From Lachnospiraceae bacterium (GTDB lineage Bacteria > Bacillota > Clostridia > Lachnospirales > Lachnospiraceae), in contig JAHZHB010000119.1 in NCBI GenBank assembly GCA_019420465.1, forward strand, positions 1,002 through 65,001: a DNA stretch of 64,000 nucleotides. The letters are read 5' to 3'. Under the pieces are notes generated by a model, which was given only the letters and a program-made list of their open reading frames with translations, was not told the origin of the DNA and did not search any database. The translations under genes were made by a program, and so were the position numbers. This document shows, one piece after another, positions 26,867 through 36,826 of the stretch (its first letter is position 1; every line of letters starts with the position of its first letter).

Positions 26867-27738
26867 TCTTCTACGCGGGATTCATGGATGAACATCCCGC
26901 CGTATTTTGGTTTGTTAAACCGCCGCATAAACAGCGGACATTTGCAAAGGAAGATGTAGTAGATTGGCCAGCCGTAGCCGTAGGCTGTTTCGAAATTTCC
27001 CATGCCCTTTGCCAGGATCACGTCCGTCCGGGAGAGAAATTCCCGTACAGCTTCCGGTACATGCGCGGGTGCTGTACCTCCGATATCGGTTCCGTTATCC
27101 ATGATCTCTGCCACCTGGTCTGCGCCGACCTGCAGCGCATCTTCTCTGGTCACATCGTTAGACACCGGTTCGCCGCGGACCATCATCACATAAGAAATCT
27201 TCGGCCACCTTTCTTTTAATGTCATCAGAAGCAGCTTGTCCAGAACGATCTCCCCACAGTTATCTGCCAGAAGCACCATGCGCCCGGCATTGTCCATCTC
27301 CCTGATAAAATGAACATACTCTTCTGCATCAATGCTCTCGGGGTCCGCCCTGGAAAACAGATCCAGAAGCTGCTCCTTTTCAATTGTGTTCCCCGTGCCA
27401 AAATCAATATAATTGGCGGTCTGGGCAAACACAAGCGCTGTGCGCACCGGATCATCTGATGCCTTTATACGGTTCAGGAACTCATTTTCCATGGAAAGCA
27501 TCAGATCGTTATAATACCGCTTGATCTCTGTAAAGTCCTGTTTTTTTCCAAAGTAGCACTCATAGGCTTTTCGCATCTGCACCGACAGACAGGGTGCGGA
27601 CTCTTTGTCCCCCTGTGTGGCAACAATTCCGGCAATCTCCCGGAAATAGTCGGCCTTTTTCTTTTCGTCTGTAAAAGATTCGATCTCTCTTCCTCTGCGA
27701 TCCAGAAGGCAACGCATACATTCACTGGTCAATTCCAT
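26851..27738 (-). CDS. DUF89 (ARMT1-like damage-control phosphatase) family protein
   Basis: About 295 aa, with LLADNCGEIVLD and KGMGNFE motifs typical of DUF89. AGGAGA RBS precedes ATG 27738. Confidence 0.7.
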   Translation of the reverse strand: MELTSECMRCLLDRRGREIESFTDEKKKADYFREIAGIVATQGDKESAPCLSVQMRKAYECYFGKKQDFTEIKRYYNDLMLSMENEFLNRIKASDDPVRTALVFAQTANYIDFGTGNTIEKEQLLDLFSRADPESIDAEEYVHFIREMDNAGRMVLLADNCGEIVLDKLLLMTLKERWPKISYVMMVRGEPVSNDVTREDALQVGADQVAEIMDNGTDIGGTAPAHVPEAVREFLSRTDVILAKGMGNFETAYGYGWPIYYIFLCKCPLFMRRFNKPKYGGMFIHESRVEEACHG

Positions 27739-27748
27739 ATCATTTCTC

Positions 27749-28786
27749 CTATGCAATCGTTTCGCGTATACAGATATCCAGACAGGTATGTACCACATCC
27801 TGTGCCGGCAATGTACCGCTGCTCAAATAATCATACAGTATCTGCAGGGGCTCGCTGCCCTGCCGCTCAGCCTCCTGACCGATCGTAGCATTTAAGATGC
27901 CGTCCTTAAGCATCCGAAGCGTAGACTCTGCCTTATCGTGGCTGATCACGGCCATGCTGTCCTGCCGTCCGGCAGCACAGACAGCCCTGCAGGCACCGTA
28001 AACGCCACCGGCGACAATATACAGTCCCGTAATCTCCGGATGGGCCGCCAGCATCTGCCTTGTCACGTCAAAGCTGATAAAGTCATCATCCTGATTGGCT
28101 GCGGCTGCTTCGATCGTCAGTCCCGGATATCTTTTCTGTAAAATTTCCTGAAATCCCTTTTCCCGTTCTACATGGCAGGTGACCATAGGCGAACCACTGA
28201 TGATCCCGACCTTTCCCCCCTGCGGATGAAAGAGTCCCATCAGTCCACCGGCCACTTCTCCGGCCTTTTTATAGTCACTGCCTACATAGCAGAGCCTGTC
28301 GGAATCCTCGAGGTCTGAATTTACCGTGACCACCGGGATTCCTGCGGCAGAAAGCTCTTTCAGCCTTTTGGCCACTGCCGGGTGGCCAAAGGGGGTGATA
28401 GCCAGTCCCTGGACGCCCTCGGCCACCATACGGTCGATCTTTTCGATCTGTCCGGCTCCGGTTTCATCTTCTATACTGCTTGACGCCTTTAGCACCGTCA
28501 CTCCGAAGCTTTTCAGCTCATTCTCTTTTTCTTCTACCCCGCGCAGTACTTCCGTAAAAAAGGGGTTGGCTGTTGTTCCCTGAAAGATCAGATAGCCGAG
28601 CCTTATATTTTTACGGCTGATCGCCAGCGTTCTGCCGATACTGTTTGGCACATAGCCTACCGAATCCACGATCGCCTGTACCTTTCTGGCCGTTTCTTCA
28701 CTGACACCGCCGCGGTGATTGAGAACACGATCCACCGTTCCACGCGACACACCGGCCATCTGTGCAATTTCTTTTAATGTGATCAT
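27749..28786 (-). CDS. LacI-family transcriptional regulator
   Basis: N-terminal HTH ITLKEIAQMAGVSRGTVDRVLN plus a periplasmic-binding-like core. The start is chosen by family N-terminus; the ORF is open to GTG 28843. Confidence 0.85.
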   Translation of the reverse strand: MITLKEIAQMAGVSRGTVDRVLNHRGGVSEETARKVQAIVDSVGYVPNSIGRTLAISRKNIRLGYLIFQGTTANPFFTEVLRGVEEKENELKSFGVTVLKASSSIEDETGAGQIEKIDRMVAEGVQGLAITPFGHPAVAKRLKELSAAGIPVVTVNSDLEDSDRLCYVGSDYKKAGEVAGGLMGLFHPQGGKVGIISGSPMVTCHVEREKGFQEILQKRYPGLTIEAAAANQDDDFISFDVTRQMLAAHPEITGLYIVAGGVYGACRAVCAAGRQDSMAVISHDKAESTLRMLKDGILNATIGQEAERQGSEPLQILYDYLSSGTLPAQDVVHTCLDICIRETIA

Positions 28787-28873
28787 ACTGTTACTGCGAA
28801 CGTCCTGTCCTTTCCCGTTTTTTGTCTGCACCCATTTTGGCACACCTGTATAAGCAAGTATACTTCTTTTTTC

Positions 28874-31800
28874 CTACACCGGCAACACATCCCGCAGGGC
28901 AAAAGAACAGATCAGCTGGCGCACGACCTTTTTCCCGGTCAGCCGGGACAGTGCCCTGGCATAATACCTGAGCTGAACACGGTATTTTTCCACCAGATCC
29001 TGCCCGTCCTTTCGCATAACCCGGTCTGTCTTGTAATCTACCAGCACCAGACCCTCTTCCGTTTCATAATAGGCATCTATGATACCCTGGATCAGGACAG
29101 TCTCGCCACTTTCCCTGAAGCGTTCGTCCACTTCGTCCGCCGGCACTGTCAGGAAAAACTGCTGCTCTCTGTACAGTGCTCCCCGGCTGTCAGCAGCTGC
29201 CATTTCACGACCCAGTGCACTTTCCATAAACCAGTTAAAATCCTCTGCCTTAAGCATCGCAGCATCCTCGCTGCCAAGCATCCCGGTACTCACCAGATTT
29301 TCCATCTGTTCTTTTATTCCCACACCGGCAGCATATGCCGCATAATCGATACATTCCATCATGCGGTGGTACGCGGTTCCCCGCAATGCCCCCTGACTGG
29401 CCGTCTGGCGGCTGCCCTGCATAAAGGCAGGCACATACGGGATCACCTCCGGTTCCTCATACAGGCTGTGCCCCTGTTCTTCCTCGTAGGCTTTCAGCTT
29501 CAGTTCAGAAACACTGAGTTTTGACGGCATGTCGGCACTGTCCTGATATGGATAGGTATAGCCGGATATTTTCTCGAGATATTTTCTCGTATTTATATCA
29601 TATGTTTTTTCCGTATCCAGAGAAATGATCTCTTCTTCCAGAGCTTTCTGCTGCAGCTGTCGGGTCATCTCGGCTGCCACAAGATCGGGTACGGACAGAA
29701 TCGAAATCCGGAAATTTCCTGTCGGAAGCGTATGCTCTCTGTATTCACTGTGCCCCTGTATACCTCTTTGGGCTGCCAGTTCAGCCAGTTCATGGCTTCC
29801 GCCGAGTGCCTCAAGGATCCAGTCCATATACGAGGAGGCAAAGAGCAGTCTGCCGTAGGAAAGCGGCGCTTCTTTTTCCCGCACGCTCTGCATGATCTCT
29901 GTCAGCTTTTTGTCTGCTGACGATACGGTTCCGGTAAGGATCAGCTTCTGTTTGGCACGGGTCAGGGCAACATACAGTACACGAAGCTCTTCCCCGAGCG
30001 TCTCCTCCCGCTGCGTATTCTGCAGCACTTTATGATACAGCGTTTCCTCCACCGTTCTTTCCTCCGGATGGATGCAGGGCATACCGATTCCATACTCCGC
30101 ATGCAGAGTTACCCGCTGCCTTGCGTCTGTCATATTAAAGCTTTTACCCAGCCCCGCTACGATCGTCACAGGAAATTCCAGACCCTTGCTGTTATGAATA
30201 CTCATGATACGCACCATGTCTGTTTCCCTTTCCGTCACCTGGGCTTCTCCGAAATCCACCTCGTATTTCTTAAGACTGTCTATATAGCGCAGGAAATGAA
30301 ACAGACCGCTGTAGCTGCTCTTTTCGTATTCTCCGGCTTTTTCCACCAGCATGAAAAGATTAGCCCGCCGCTGTTCTCCCGCAGGCATCGCACTCACCCA
30401 TTCCAGATAGCCGGTAAGCTCGTACAGGTTTGTCAGAAGCTCCCGCACGGATATATACGAGATTTTTTCACGCAATATATCATAAATTTCCCAGAAGGAC
30501 GTCAGTTTTTCTGCCAGCTCAGGCTCTGCCTCTTTGCCTTGTGCATAGGTTCTTGCAGAACGATACAGCGGCTGGTCGGGTGCACTGATCCTGATTTTGG
30601 CCATTTCCTCACTGGAGAGCTTTCCTATCGCCGAGGTCAGTACAGCTGTCAGAGGCATTTCCTGTCTCGGATTGTCCAGAAGGCGCAGATACTGCAAAAC
30701 AACCACGACCTCCGGTGCACTGAAATACCCGACACGCGAAATACTCAGCGAAGGAATCTTTCTCTCCTTGAGCACACGGGCAAACACTTCGGACCAGCCG
30801 CGGATACTGCGCAGCAATATCACGATATCGCCGTAACGTACAGTCCGGCGTTTTCCTGTCGTTTCGTCTGTGATCCATTCCTGTCCCACCATACGGCTGA
30901 TCCTGTCCGCCACTAAAACAGCCTCCAGCTCTCTGGCAGAACCAAGCTCTCTGGCATCCTCTGTATCTTTTTCGATCATCAGAAGCTCGCTCTTTGTATC
31001 TGTCTCCTCCTCAGGCCAGACGGCACCGGGATACAGATAGACCGACGGATCGTAGGCGATCTTTCCCAGTGACCGGGTCATGATCCGGGAAAACAGACAG
31101 TTTACACTGTCGATCACTTCGTTTCTGCTGCGGAAATTCTTATGCAGATCTACTCTTCTGAGATCCCCGTCCGTCAGGCTGTAGGTCTCGTATTTTTCCA
31201 TAAAAAGCTCTGGCCTTGCCAGACGGAACTTGTAAATACTCTGTTTGACATCGCCGACCATAAACAGGTTGTGAACGCCGCAACGCTCCCGGCTGACAGC
31301 CGTCAGGATCTTTTCCTGCACCAGATTGGAATCCTGATATTCATCGATCATGATCTGGGCATAACGCTCTGACAGCTCTTTTGCCGCCTCGGTGGGAATC
31401 TCACTTCCATCCTCCCGTCTGGTCAGAAGCACCTGCAGGGCCATATGTTCCACATCATTAAAGTCCAGAAGATTCTTTTCCCGCTTCTGCTGCCCAAAAA
31501 CTTCCGCAAACCGCTTTGTCAGCGCGGCAAGTCCGCGGATCACAGGCAGCATCTGATGCATTTTCCTCACGATATCTTCCAGGGAATCGCTGTAATAGGC
31601 TTTTGCCAGCTTTTCCTGCAGGATCTCCTTGGTCTTTGCCCTTTCTTTCTGTACCTGCAGCTTCTTTTCTTCCTGCACATCCGCCACCTTTTTGGAGGAC
31701 AGCGCTTTCGGCCGGTAGCCGAGCAAAAGCTCTCTGATCGCCGTATAGCCTTTTGCCTGCAGGATCTGCTCCATATACACTCTGTCGCTTTCCAGTGCTT

Positions 31801-32539
31801 CCACATACTGTACCGGGCCATGCGCAGACTGTGCCAGTAAAAGTGCTCTCCGGTTGGCCTCCATCGCTTCCATAAGAAGCGCTTTTGTCACCTCTCTTAC
31901 TCCGGTAAGCCAGGGCATATGCTCCGCTTTCCTGGCATCCGCCATCTCATAGGGCAAAAGGCAGGCATCCAGCCATACGTCGGGCCAGGGATGGCTCTGT
32001 GACAGAAGATACAGCTTCTGCACGGCCTCTTCGAGCCCTGCATCACTCTTTCCACTGTCCAGTGCCTCTGCAAGCATAAGAAAATCCGCATCCTGTTTTT
32101 CGTAGGCTTCTTCCAGCGTCTGTGCCAGCGCATCCTGCATCAGAAGCTTCTGTTCGCCCTCATCGGCCACTCTGGCCCCCGGATCCAGGTCGATCTGTTC
32201 AAAATAGCTGCGGATCACATAGGAACAAAAGCCGTCGATCGTCGTGATCTGCGCATGATGGATCAGTGTCGTCTGCTTTTGCAGATGGGCATTTTCCGGG
32301 TCTGTCTCCAGTTTTTCTTCCAGAGCTTTCAAAAGTCTGTCTTTCATCTGGGAAGCCGCGGCTCTTGTAAACGTCACGACTAAAAGCTCATCCACATCCA
32401 AAGGATGCTCTCCCTCACTGATCAGCTGCAGAATTCTCTCAACCAGCACCGCTGTCTTTCCCGATCCTGCTGCCGCGCTGACAAGAATATTCTTGTCCCG
32501 CAGATCTATTACCTGTTGCTGTTCATCTGTCCACTTCAC
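28874..32539 (-). CDS. addA: ATP-dependent helicase/nuclease subunit A
   Basis: UvrD-type helicase motifs (AAAGSGKT, DEYQD) and a C-terminal RecB-type nuclease (GIIDAY...DYKTD). The probable GTG start at 32539 lies 9 nt after AAGGAAG; the ORF is open to 32596 inside addB. Confidence 0.9.
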   Translation of the reverse strand: MKWTDEQQQVIDLRDKNILVSAAAGSGKTAVLVERILQLISEGEHPLDVDELLVVTFTRAAASQMKDRLLKALEEKLETDPENAHLQKQTTLIHHAQITTIDGFCSYVIRSYFEQIDLDPGARVADEGEQKLLMQDALAQTLEEAYEKQDADFLMLAEALDSGKSDAGLEEAVQKLYLLSQSHPWPDVWLDACLLPYEMADARKAEHMPWLTGVREVTKALLMEAMEANRRALLLAQSAHGPVQYVEALESDRVYMEQILQAKGYTAIRELLLGYRPKALSSKKVADVQEEKKLQVQKERAKTKEILQEKLAKAYYSDSLEDIVRKMHQMLPVIRGLAALTKRFAEVFGQQKREKNLLDFNDVEHMALQVLLTRREDGSEIPTEAAKELSERYAQIMIDEYQDSNLVQEKILTAVSRERCGVHNLFMVGDVKQSIYKFRLARPELFMEKYETYSLTDGDLRRVDLHKNFRSRNEVIDSVNCLFSRIMTRSLGKIAYDPSVYLYPGAVWPEEETDTKSELLMIEKDTEDARELGSARELEAVLVADRISRMVGQEWITDETTGKRRTVRYGDIVILLRSIRGWSEVFARVLKERKIPSLSISRVGYFSAPEVVVVLQYLRLLDNPRQEMPLTAVLTSAIGKLSSEEMAKIRISAPDQPLYRSARTYAQGKEAEPELAEKLTSFWEIYDILREKISYISVRELLTNLYELTGYLEWVSAMPAGEQRRANLFMLVEKAGEYEKSSYSGLFHFLRYIDSLKKYEVDFGEAQVTERETDMVRIMSIHNSKGLEFPVTIVAGLGKSFNMTDARQRVTLHAEYGIGMPCIHPEERTVEETLYHKVLQNTQREETLGEELRVLYVALTRAKQKLILTGTVSSADKKLTEIMQSVREKEAPLSYGRLLFASSYMDWILEALGGSHELAELAAQRGIQGHSEYREHTLPTGNFRISILSVPDLVAAEMTRQLQQKALEEEIISLDTEKTYDINTRKYLEKISGYTYPYQDSADMPSKLSVSELKLKAYEEEQGHSLYEEPEVIPYVPAFMQGSRQTASQGALRGTAYHRMMECIDYAAYAAGVGIKEQMENLVSTGMLGSEDAAMLKAEDFNWFMESALGREMAAADSRGALYREQQFFLTVPADEVDERFRESGETVLIQGIIDAYYETEEGLVLVDYKTDRVMRKDGQDLVEKYRVQLRYYARALSRLTGKKVVRQLICSFALRDVLPV

Positions 32540-32562
32540 TGTCACTGTCTTCCTTTTCTTCT

Positions 32563-35500
32563 TTAGTAGATCCTTCCCTCCAGGATCTCCTGCCACAACC
32601 AGTCAGCATTCTGTTTTTTCAGCGGCCGGAAACCACAGCCCGAAAGCCGCGTATCAAAACCGCACACCTCTGTGTAGGCACACAGATCGCAGGCAGTGCG
32701 TTCTCCCTGTCTGCAGGGATTTTTGGCCGCATGGCCTTCGAGTATCTCCTTACCGATCTGTCCGGCCTTTTTCACAGCGTATGCTGTCAGCGCCTGAAAC
32801 TGTTCTTCGTCCACCGCAGCGGATCTGGCGCTTAAGGTACCATCCTTTTTTCGCTCCAGCGGCAGCATCCGGGACTTTGTTCCGGCTTCCAGACGGTTAT
32901 CCAGATGGCTGTAGATCTTTTCGTCCGAGGAAACCAGACCGCTCATCTTCATCTTTTTCAACCGCAGTTCTTCCGGTGCATCGCCTTCTTTCGCCTCGAT
33001 CAGAGGATCCTGCATCTGATAATACAGCATGGCCGCAGGAACCGTCTGTTTCCCCGGATGCTGCCCTTTTTCGATCTCCAGTGCGGCCTTCATATACAGG
33101 ATCAGCTGCAGCTGCAGACCATAGTAGAAATCCTCCAGAGAAAAGCTTTTGCTTCCCGATTTGTAATCCACGATCCGCACCATCACCTGATCGTGATCCT
33201 CATACAGATCCATACGGTCGATCTTGCCGCGCAGATACATCCGGCCGTTCTCCGACAGTGTAAGACACATGCTTTCCAGAAAGCTCTTGCTGTCGAAACT
33301 GATCTCGAAGCCGGCCGGTTCAAAATCACTGTCCTTCAGTTCTTCCCTGATCGCCCAGAGACTGCGCCGTAAAAGCTTTTCGATCCGCTTTGCCATATAG
33401 CGGTTTCTGGCGGAGGAAAGCAGCACCTGATTGCCGTACTCTTCCATAACTTCCGTAAGGCACTGGGAGATCAGCGCATTTTCACGCTCTTTTGGCACCG
33501 TTTTTAAGGTATAACCCTCCTTTTTTGCCAGCCGGCCGAAAAGCTCCATGCAGGCATGAAGGATAATACCAAGATCCACCGGCCGGAAGCTGTATTCCTC
33601 CCGCTCGGTGACCCTTAAGCCGTACTGCAGAAAATGTGCATAGGCACAGGCCGCATAGCGCTCGATACGTGACACACTGTTCATCAGCTGCTCACCATAC
33701 AGCGCACGCGCCACGGCACCGCTGATTGCGTCCGTATGTGCGGTCTGCCCGGCCGCTTCCAGAAGCCTGAAAAGCCGCTCTTTTTCCTCCGGCACCTGTA
33801 AGGCAAGACGGACAACTTCTTTTTCACCGGCTGTCAGTGCCATCGTCTGTGGCCGTTTGATCAGCTGCAGAAGCAGCTGCTTTATATCCTCTGTCGTTTC
33901 CAGCTGTTCTGGCGTTTCTGGCGAATGTCCTGCTGTCATCTGCAGAGCTGGAAACAGCCGCTTAAGTGTACCAAACAGATAAGCCGGCCCGGTCGGTTCG
34001 CCTTTGGCAGAGCTTGCCGCACAGGAAACACTGACATATTCCGAAGGCCTGGTCAGATGCAGATACAGATAAAATTTCTGGATAAAGATCGTCTCACGGG
34101 GAGAAGGGGCAAGCTCCACGGCCATCTGTTCCAAAGCGCCCCGGTCGGTCTCCGACAAAAGCCCGCCGCCGGACAGGCTGCCGGGGATCACCTGATCATT
34201 GACGCCTACAAAAAACAGGGCTTTCAGATCTTTCAGACGGGTTCTCTCCACATCACCGATCAGCACCTGGTCCGCCGTCGGCGGAATGATGCCGATGCGC
34301 ATTTCCATCAGGCCCTCTTCCATCAGCTGCGCAAAATCCCGGATCGATACCGGCTCATCACCGAGGATCTCCACCATCTTGTCCAGAAGATCCATGATGG
34401 CCCGGTATACCTGGGCGTATTCCCTGGCCAGAGCCGCCTCACCGGCAGCTTCAAACTGCTGTTTCTTTTTCTCCATCTGTACCTGGGCATCCAAAGACAG
34501 CAAAAAGTCATACAGTGCCGCACAGCAGCTTTTTACCGTACGGTTCTTCCCATGCATGGCCTCTGTAAAGGGCAAAAGGCTCTCCATCAGGCGCTGACGC
34601 AGCTTTTCCATCTCAGGCACACGGCCCGGATCCATACGCTGACTGTGGGCATAAAAACGGTTTTCCCACTGGCTTCGTCCGCGGATGCCAAGCGCCAGAC
34701 AGTAATTTTCCAACTCATCGATCTCGTCCTCTGTCAGCACAGAAAGTCCGGTCCTGAGGAACCTGAAAACGCTCTCATAGCTGAAACTGCTGCTTTCCAC
34801 AGCCAGTATGGCACGGATACATTCCACAAGCGGATTGGCCAACACATGACGGCGGCTGTCCAGAAAGCAGGGGATCCCCGCCCGCTCAAATGCATGCACA
34901 GCTTCAAACCCATAGCTCTCCATATCCCCGGTGATCACTGCGATATCACGGTATCGGTAACCTTTTTCACGGATCAGCCGGTGGATCCTTCGCGTGACCT
35001 CCTCCATCTCCGCCGCAGGCTGTTCACAGCAAAACAGCTGGATATGCTCCGGCCTGTTTTTGTACACCGCATGGTCGTACCTGAACAGATGGCTTTCCAG
35101 AAAACGCAGATCATCCCTGTCTTTAAAGCGATCCTTCTCACCGGCACGGATGCGGATCATATCCGCGACCGGCACCTTTACCTCACGCGCTGTATGGCAC
35201 AGTGCCGCTATCGTCTTTTTTGTCATCCAGGAGAGCTTTTGCATACTGTTTTTTCCCAAAGGATCTTCTCTGTCATCCAGCGTCAGCGTCACACAGACCA
35301 TCGGACAGCAGGCTAAAAGAACCCCGATCAGCCGGTTCTGTACCGGTGTAAAGCCGGTAAATCCATCCAGAACGATCGTCGTATGTTTCATACTTTCCGA
35401 CAGCGGGATCACACGGCACAGCTGATCAAGCACTTCTTCCGTTGTCACATAATGTGAAGCCAGAAACTCCTGAAATCCATGGTAGAGTGTTTCCACATCC

Positions 35501-35970
35501 TGCAGTTTTTCCTTCAACAGATGATTTTTATCGAGATTTTCTCTCACTTCTTTCAGATCTTCCGGCCGGATATCGTACTGCATAAACTCTGACAGCAAAG
35601 ACTTGACCTCCCGGATGTAGCCTGGACGGCTGATCTGATTTTTCAAAACATGCAGTCCGGATCTTTTTTTCTGCGCCACACGTTTTAAGACCATGGTCTT
35701 TCCCGTATCTTCAAGGACCGGAGGAAGCTGACATCCGGTTTCCATAAACAGCTTGTAGGCCAGTCGCGTAAAGCTGGAAACATCGATGTTTAACAGGCCG
35801 CCTCTGGGATGTCTTTTCGACATCTCGATCTGTGTCTGCATGGTAAACTGATCCGGCACCAGAAGCAGAAACTGCTCCTTTTCTCTCTCCAGCGATTCCC
35901 GGATGATCCGTTCATATATATAATGGGATTTACCGCTTCCCGCACTCCCCAGTATCAGCTGTAATGCCAT
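32563..35970 (-). CDS. addB: ATP-dependent helicase/nuclease subunit B
   Basis: N-terminal GSAGSGKS P-loop, and a C-terminal nuclease with Fe-S cysteines (C...CDLCAYTEVC). Lies immediately upstream of addA. Confidence 0.9.
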   Translation of the reverse strand: MALQLILGSAGSGKSHYIYERIIRESLEREKEQFLLLVPDQFTMQTQIEMSKRHPRGGLLNIDVSSFTRLAYKLFMETGCQLPPVLEDTGKTMVLKRVAQKKRSGLHVLKNQISRPGYIREVKSLLSEFMQYDIRPEDLKEVRENLDKNHLLKEKLQDVETLYHGFQEFLASHYVTTEEVLDQLCRVIPLSESMKHTTIVLDGFTGFTPVQNRLIGVLLACCPMVCVTLTLDDREDPLGKNSMQKLSWMTKKTIAALCHTAREVKVPVADMIRIRAGEKDRFKDRDDLRFLESHLFRYDHAVYKNRPEHIQLFCCEQPAAEMEEVTRRIHRLIREKGYRYRDIAVITGDMESYGFEAVHAFERAGIPCFLDSRRHVLANPLVECIRAILAVESSSFSYESVFRFLRTGLSVLTEDEIDELENYCLALGIRGRSQWENRFYAHSQRMDPGRVPEMEKLRQRLMESLLPFTEAMHGKNRTVKSCCAALYDFLLSLDAQVQMEKKKQQFEAAGEAALAREYAQVYRAIMDLLDKMVEILGDEPVSIRDFAQLMEEGLMEMRIGIIPPTADQVLIGDVERTRLKDLKALFFVGVNDQVIPGSLSGGGLLSETDRGALEQMAVELAPSPRETIFIQKFYLYLHLTRPSEYVSVSCAASSAKGEPTGPAYLFGTLKRLFPALQMTAGHSPETPEQLETTEDIKQLLLQLIKRPQTMALTAGEKEVVRLALQVPEEKERLFRLLEAAGQTAHTDAISGAVARALYGEQLMNSVSRIERYAACAYAHFLQYGLRVTEREEYSFRPVDLGIILHACMELFGRLAKKEGYTLKTVPKERENALISQCLTEVMEEYGNQVLLSSARNRYMAKRIEKLLRRSLWAIREELKDSDFEPAGFEISFDSKSFLESMCLTLSENGRMYLRGKIDRMDLYEDHDQVMVRIVDYKSGSKSFSLEDFYYGLQLQLILYMKAALEIEKGQHPGKQTVPAAMLYYQMQDPLIEAKEGDAPEELRLKKMKMSGLVSSDEKIYSHLDNRLEAGTKSRMLPLERKKDGTLSARSAAVDEEQFQALTAYAVKKAGQIGKEILEGHAAKNPCRQGERTACDLCAYTEVCGFDTRLSGCGFRPLKKQNADWLWQEILEGRIY

Positions 35971-36203
35971 ATCTGCCTCCCTTTTGCACGTCTTTTGCAG
36001 GTATTGTTTTTGTTCTCTCTTTTGTGGATATTCTCTTTTTCATCCGCACGGTGTATATCTTTTATGATGTACTGTTTCCAGTGTATCATGGTTTTTGGCA
36101 GGCTACAAGAAGCGGCCGCCACCGGTATATTTTTTCTTTTTCCGGCTCATACTTTTCACTCTTGCCACATAGGATATAGCAAGTAAGATAAAAAGAGGCC
36201 CTG

Positions 36204-36659
36204 ATGAGTTCCCGTACCAGAATCGTGGTTTTGCATATGAAAGAAATCATCTACACGGTGATCTTTGCTGCACTGGCTGTGGTGATGCTGGTGCTTTTGT
36301 TTCTGATGTTCCGTTCCCGGCAGACAGCCGAAGGTACACCGCTAAAAGAAACCTCAGCAGGTGTCTATGTGCCTGGCGTGTACTCCACCACGGTAGCCCT
36401 GCACGATCTGTCCTTTGATGTACAGGTGCGTGTGGATGCCGGCCGGATCAACAGTGTCGAACTGGTAAATATGACAGAAACCGTACAGACCATGTATCCT
36501 CTGGTGGAAACCTCCATGAAAGAGCTCGAAACGCAGATCCTGAAAAAACAGACGACCAGAGGTCTGACCTGCAGCACACAGACCCAGTACACTTCCGCGC
36601 TTCTTCTGCATGCGATCGATACAGCGCTAAAAAAAGCGGAGGTACCTAAAAACCCATAA
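36204..36659 (+). CDS. hypothetical membrane-anchored protein (151 aa)
   Basis: A single N-terminal TM helix followed by a ~100-aa soluble domain. Family not recognised with confidence. Confidence 0.5.
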   Translation: MSSRTRIVVLHMKEIIYTVIFAALAVVMLVLLFLMFRSRQTAEGTPLKETSAGVYVPGVYSTTVALHDLSFDVQVRVDAGRINSVELVNMTETVQTMYPLVETSMKELETQILKKQTTRGLTCSTQTQYTSALLLHAIDTALKKAEVPKNP

Positions 36660-36713
36660 CAGCCGTGCCTGACAGGCAAAACAGATCCATGAACCAGTTG
36701 CAAAAGACACATA

Positions 36714-36752
36714 GATATCCATAATTGATTCCCTGGATCAATTATGGATATC
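36714..36752. repeat. perfect 16-bp inverted repeat with 7-nt spacer
   Basis: GATATCCATAATTGAT-tccctgg-ATCAATTATGGATATC, located between convergent genes. Confidence 0.8.
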
Positions 36753-36767
36753 CATGGCAACAAAAAT

Positions 36768-36815
36768 CCCGGTCGGTATCCTTTCTTTTCAGGAATACGC
36801 TGACCGGGTCTTTTT
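36768..36815. terminator. bidirectional intrinsic terminator
   Basis: Stem CCCGGTC...GACCGGG is flanked by an A-rich run upstream (AAAAAT on the plus strand) and a T run downstream. It sits between convergent genes. Confidence 0.5.
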
Positions 36816-36826
36816 CATTGTTTTAT

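Noticed and set aside
33925-35316. 463-aa plus-strand ORF
   Set aside because: It is antisense to addB and has no recognisable motifs. It is a shadow ORF created by codon bias. The same applies to 32493..33263, 32905..33372 and 34994..35425.
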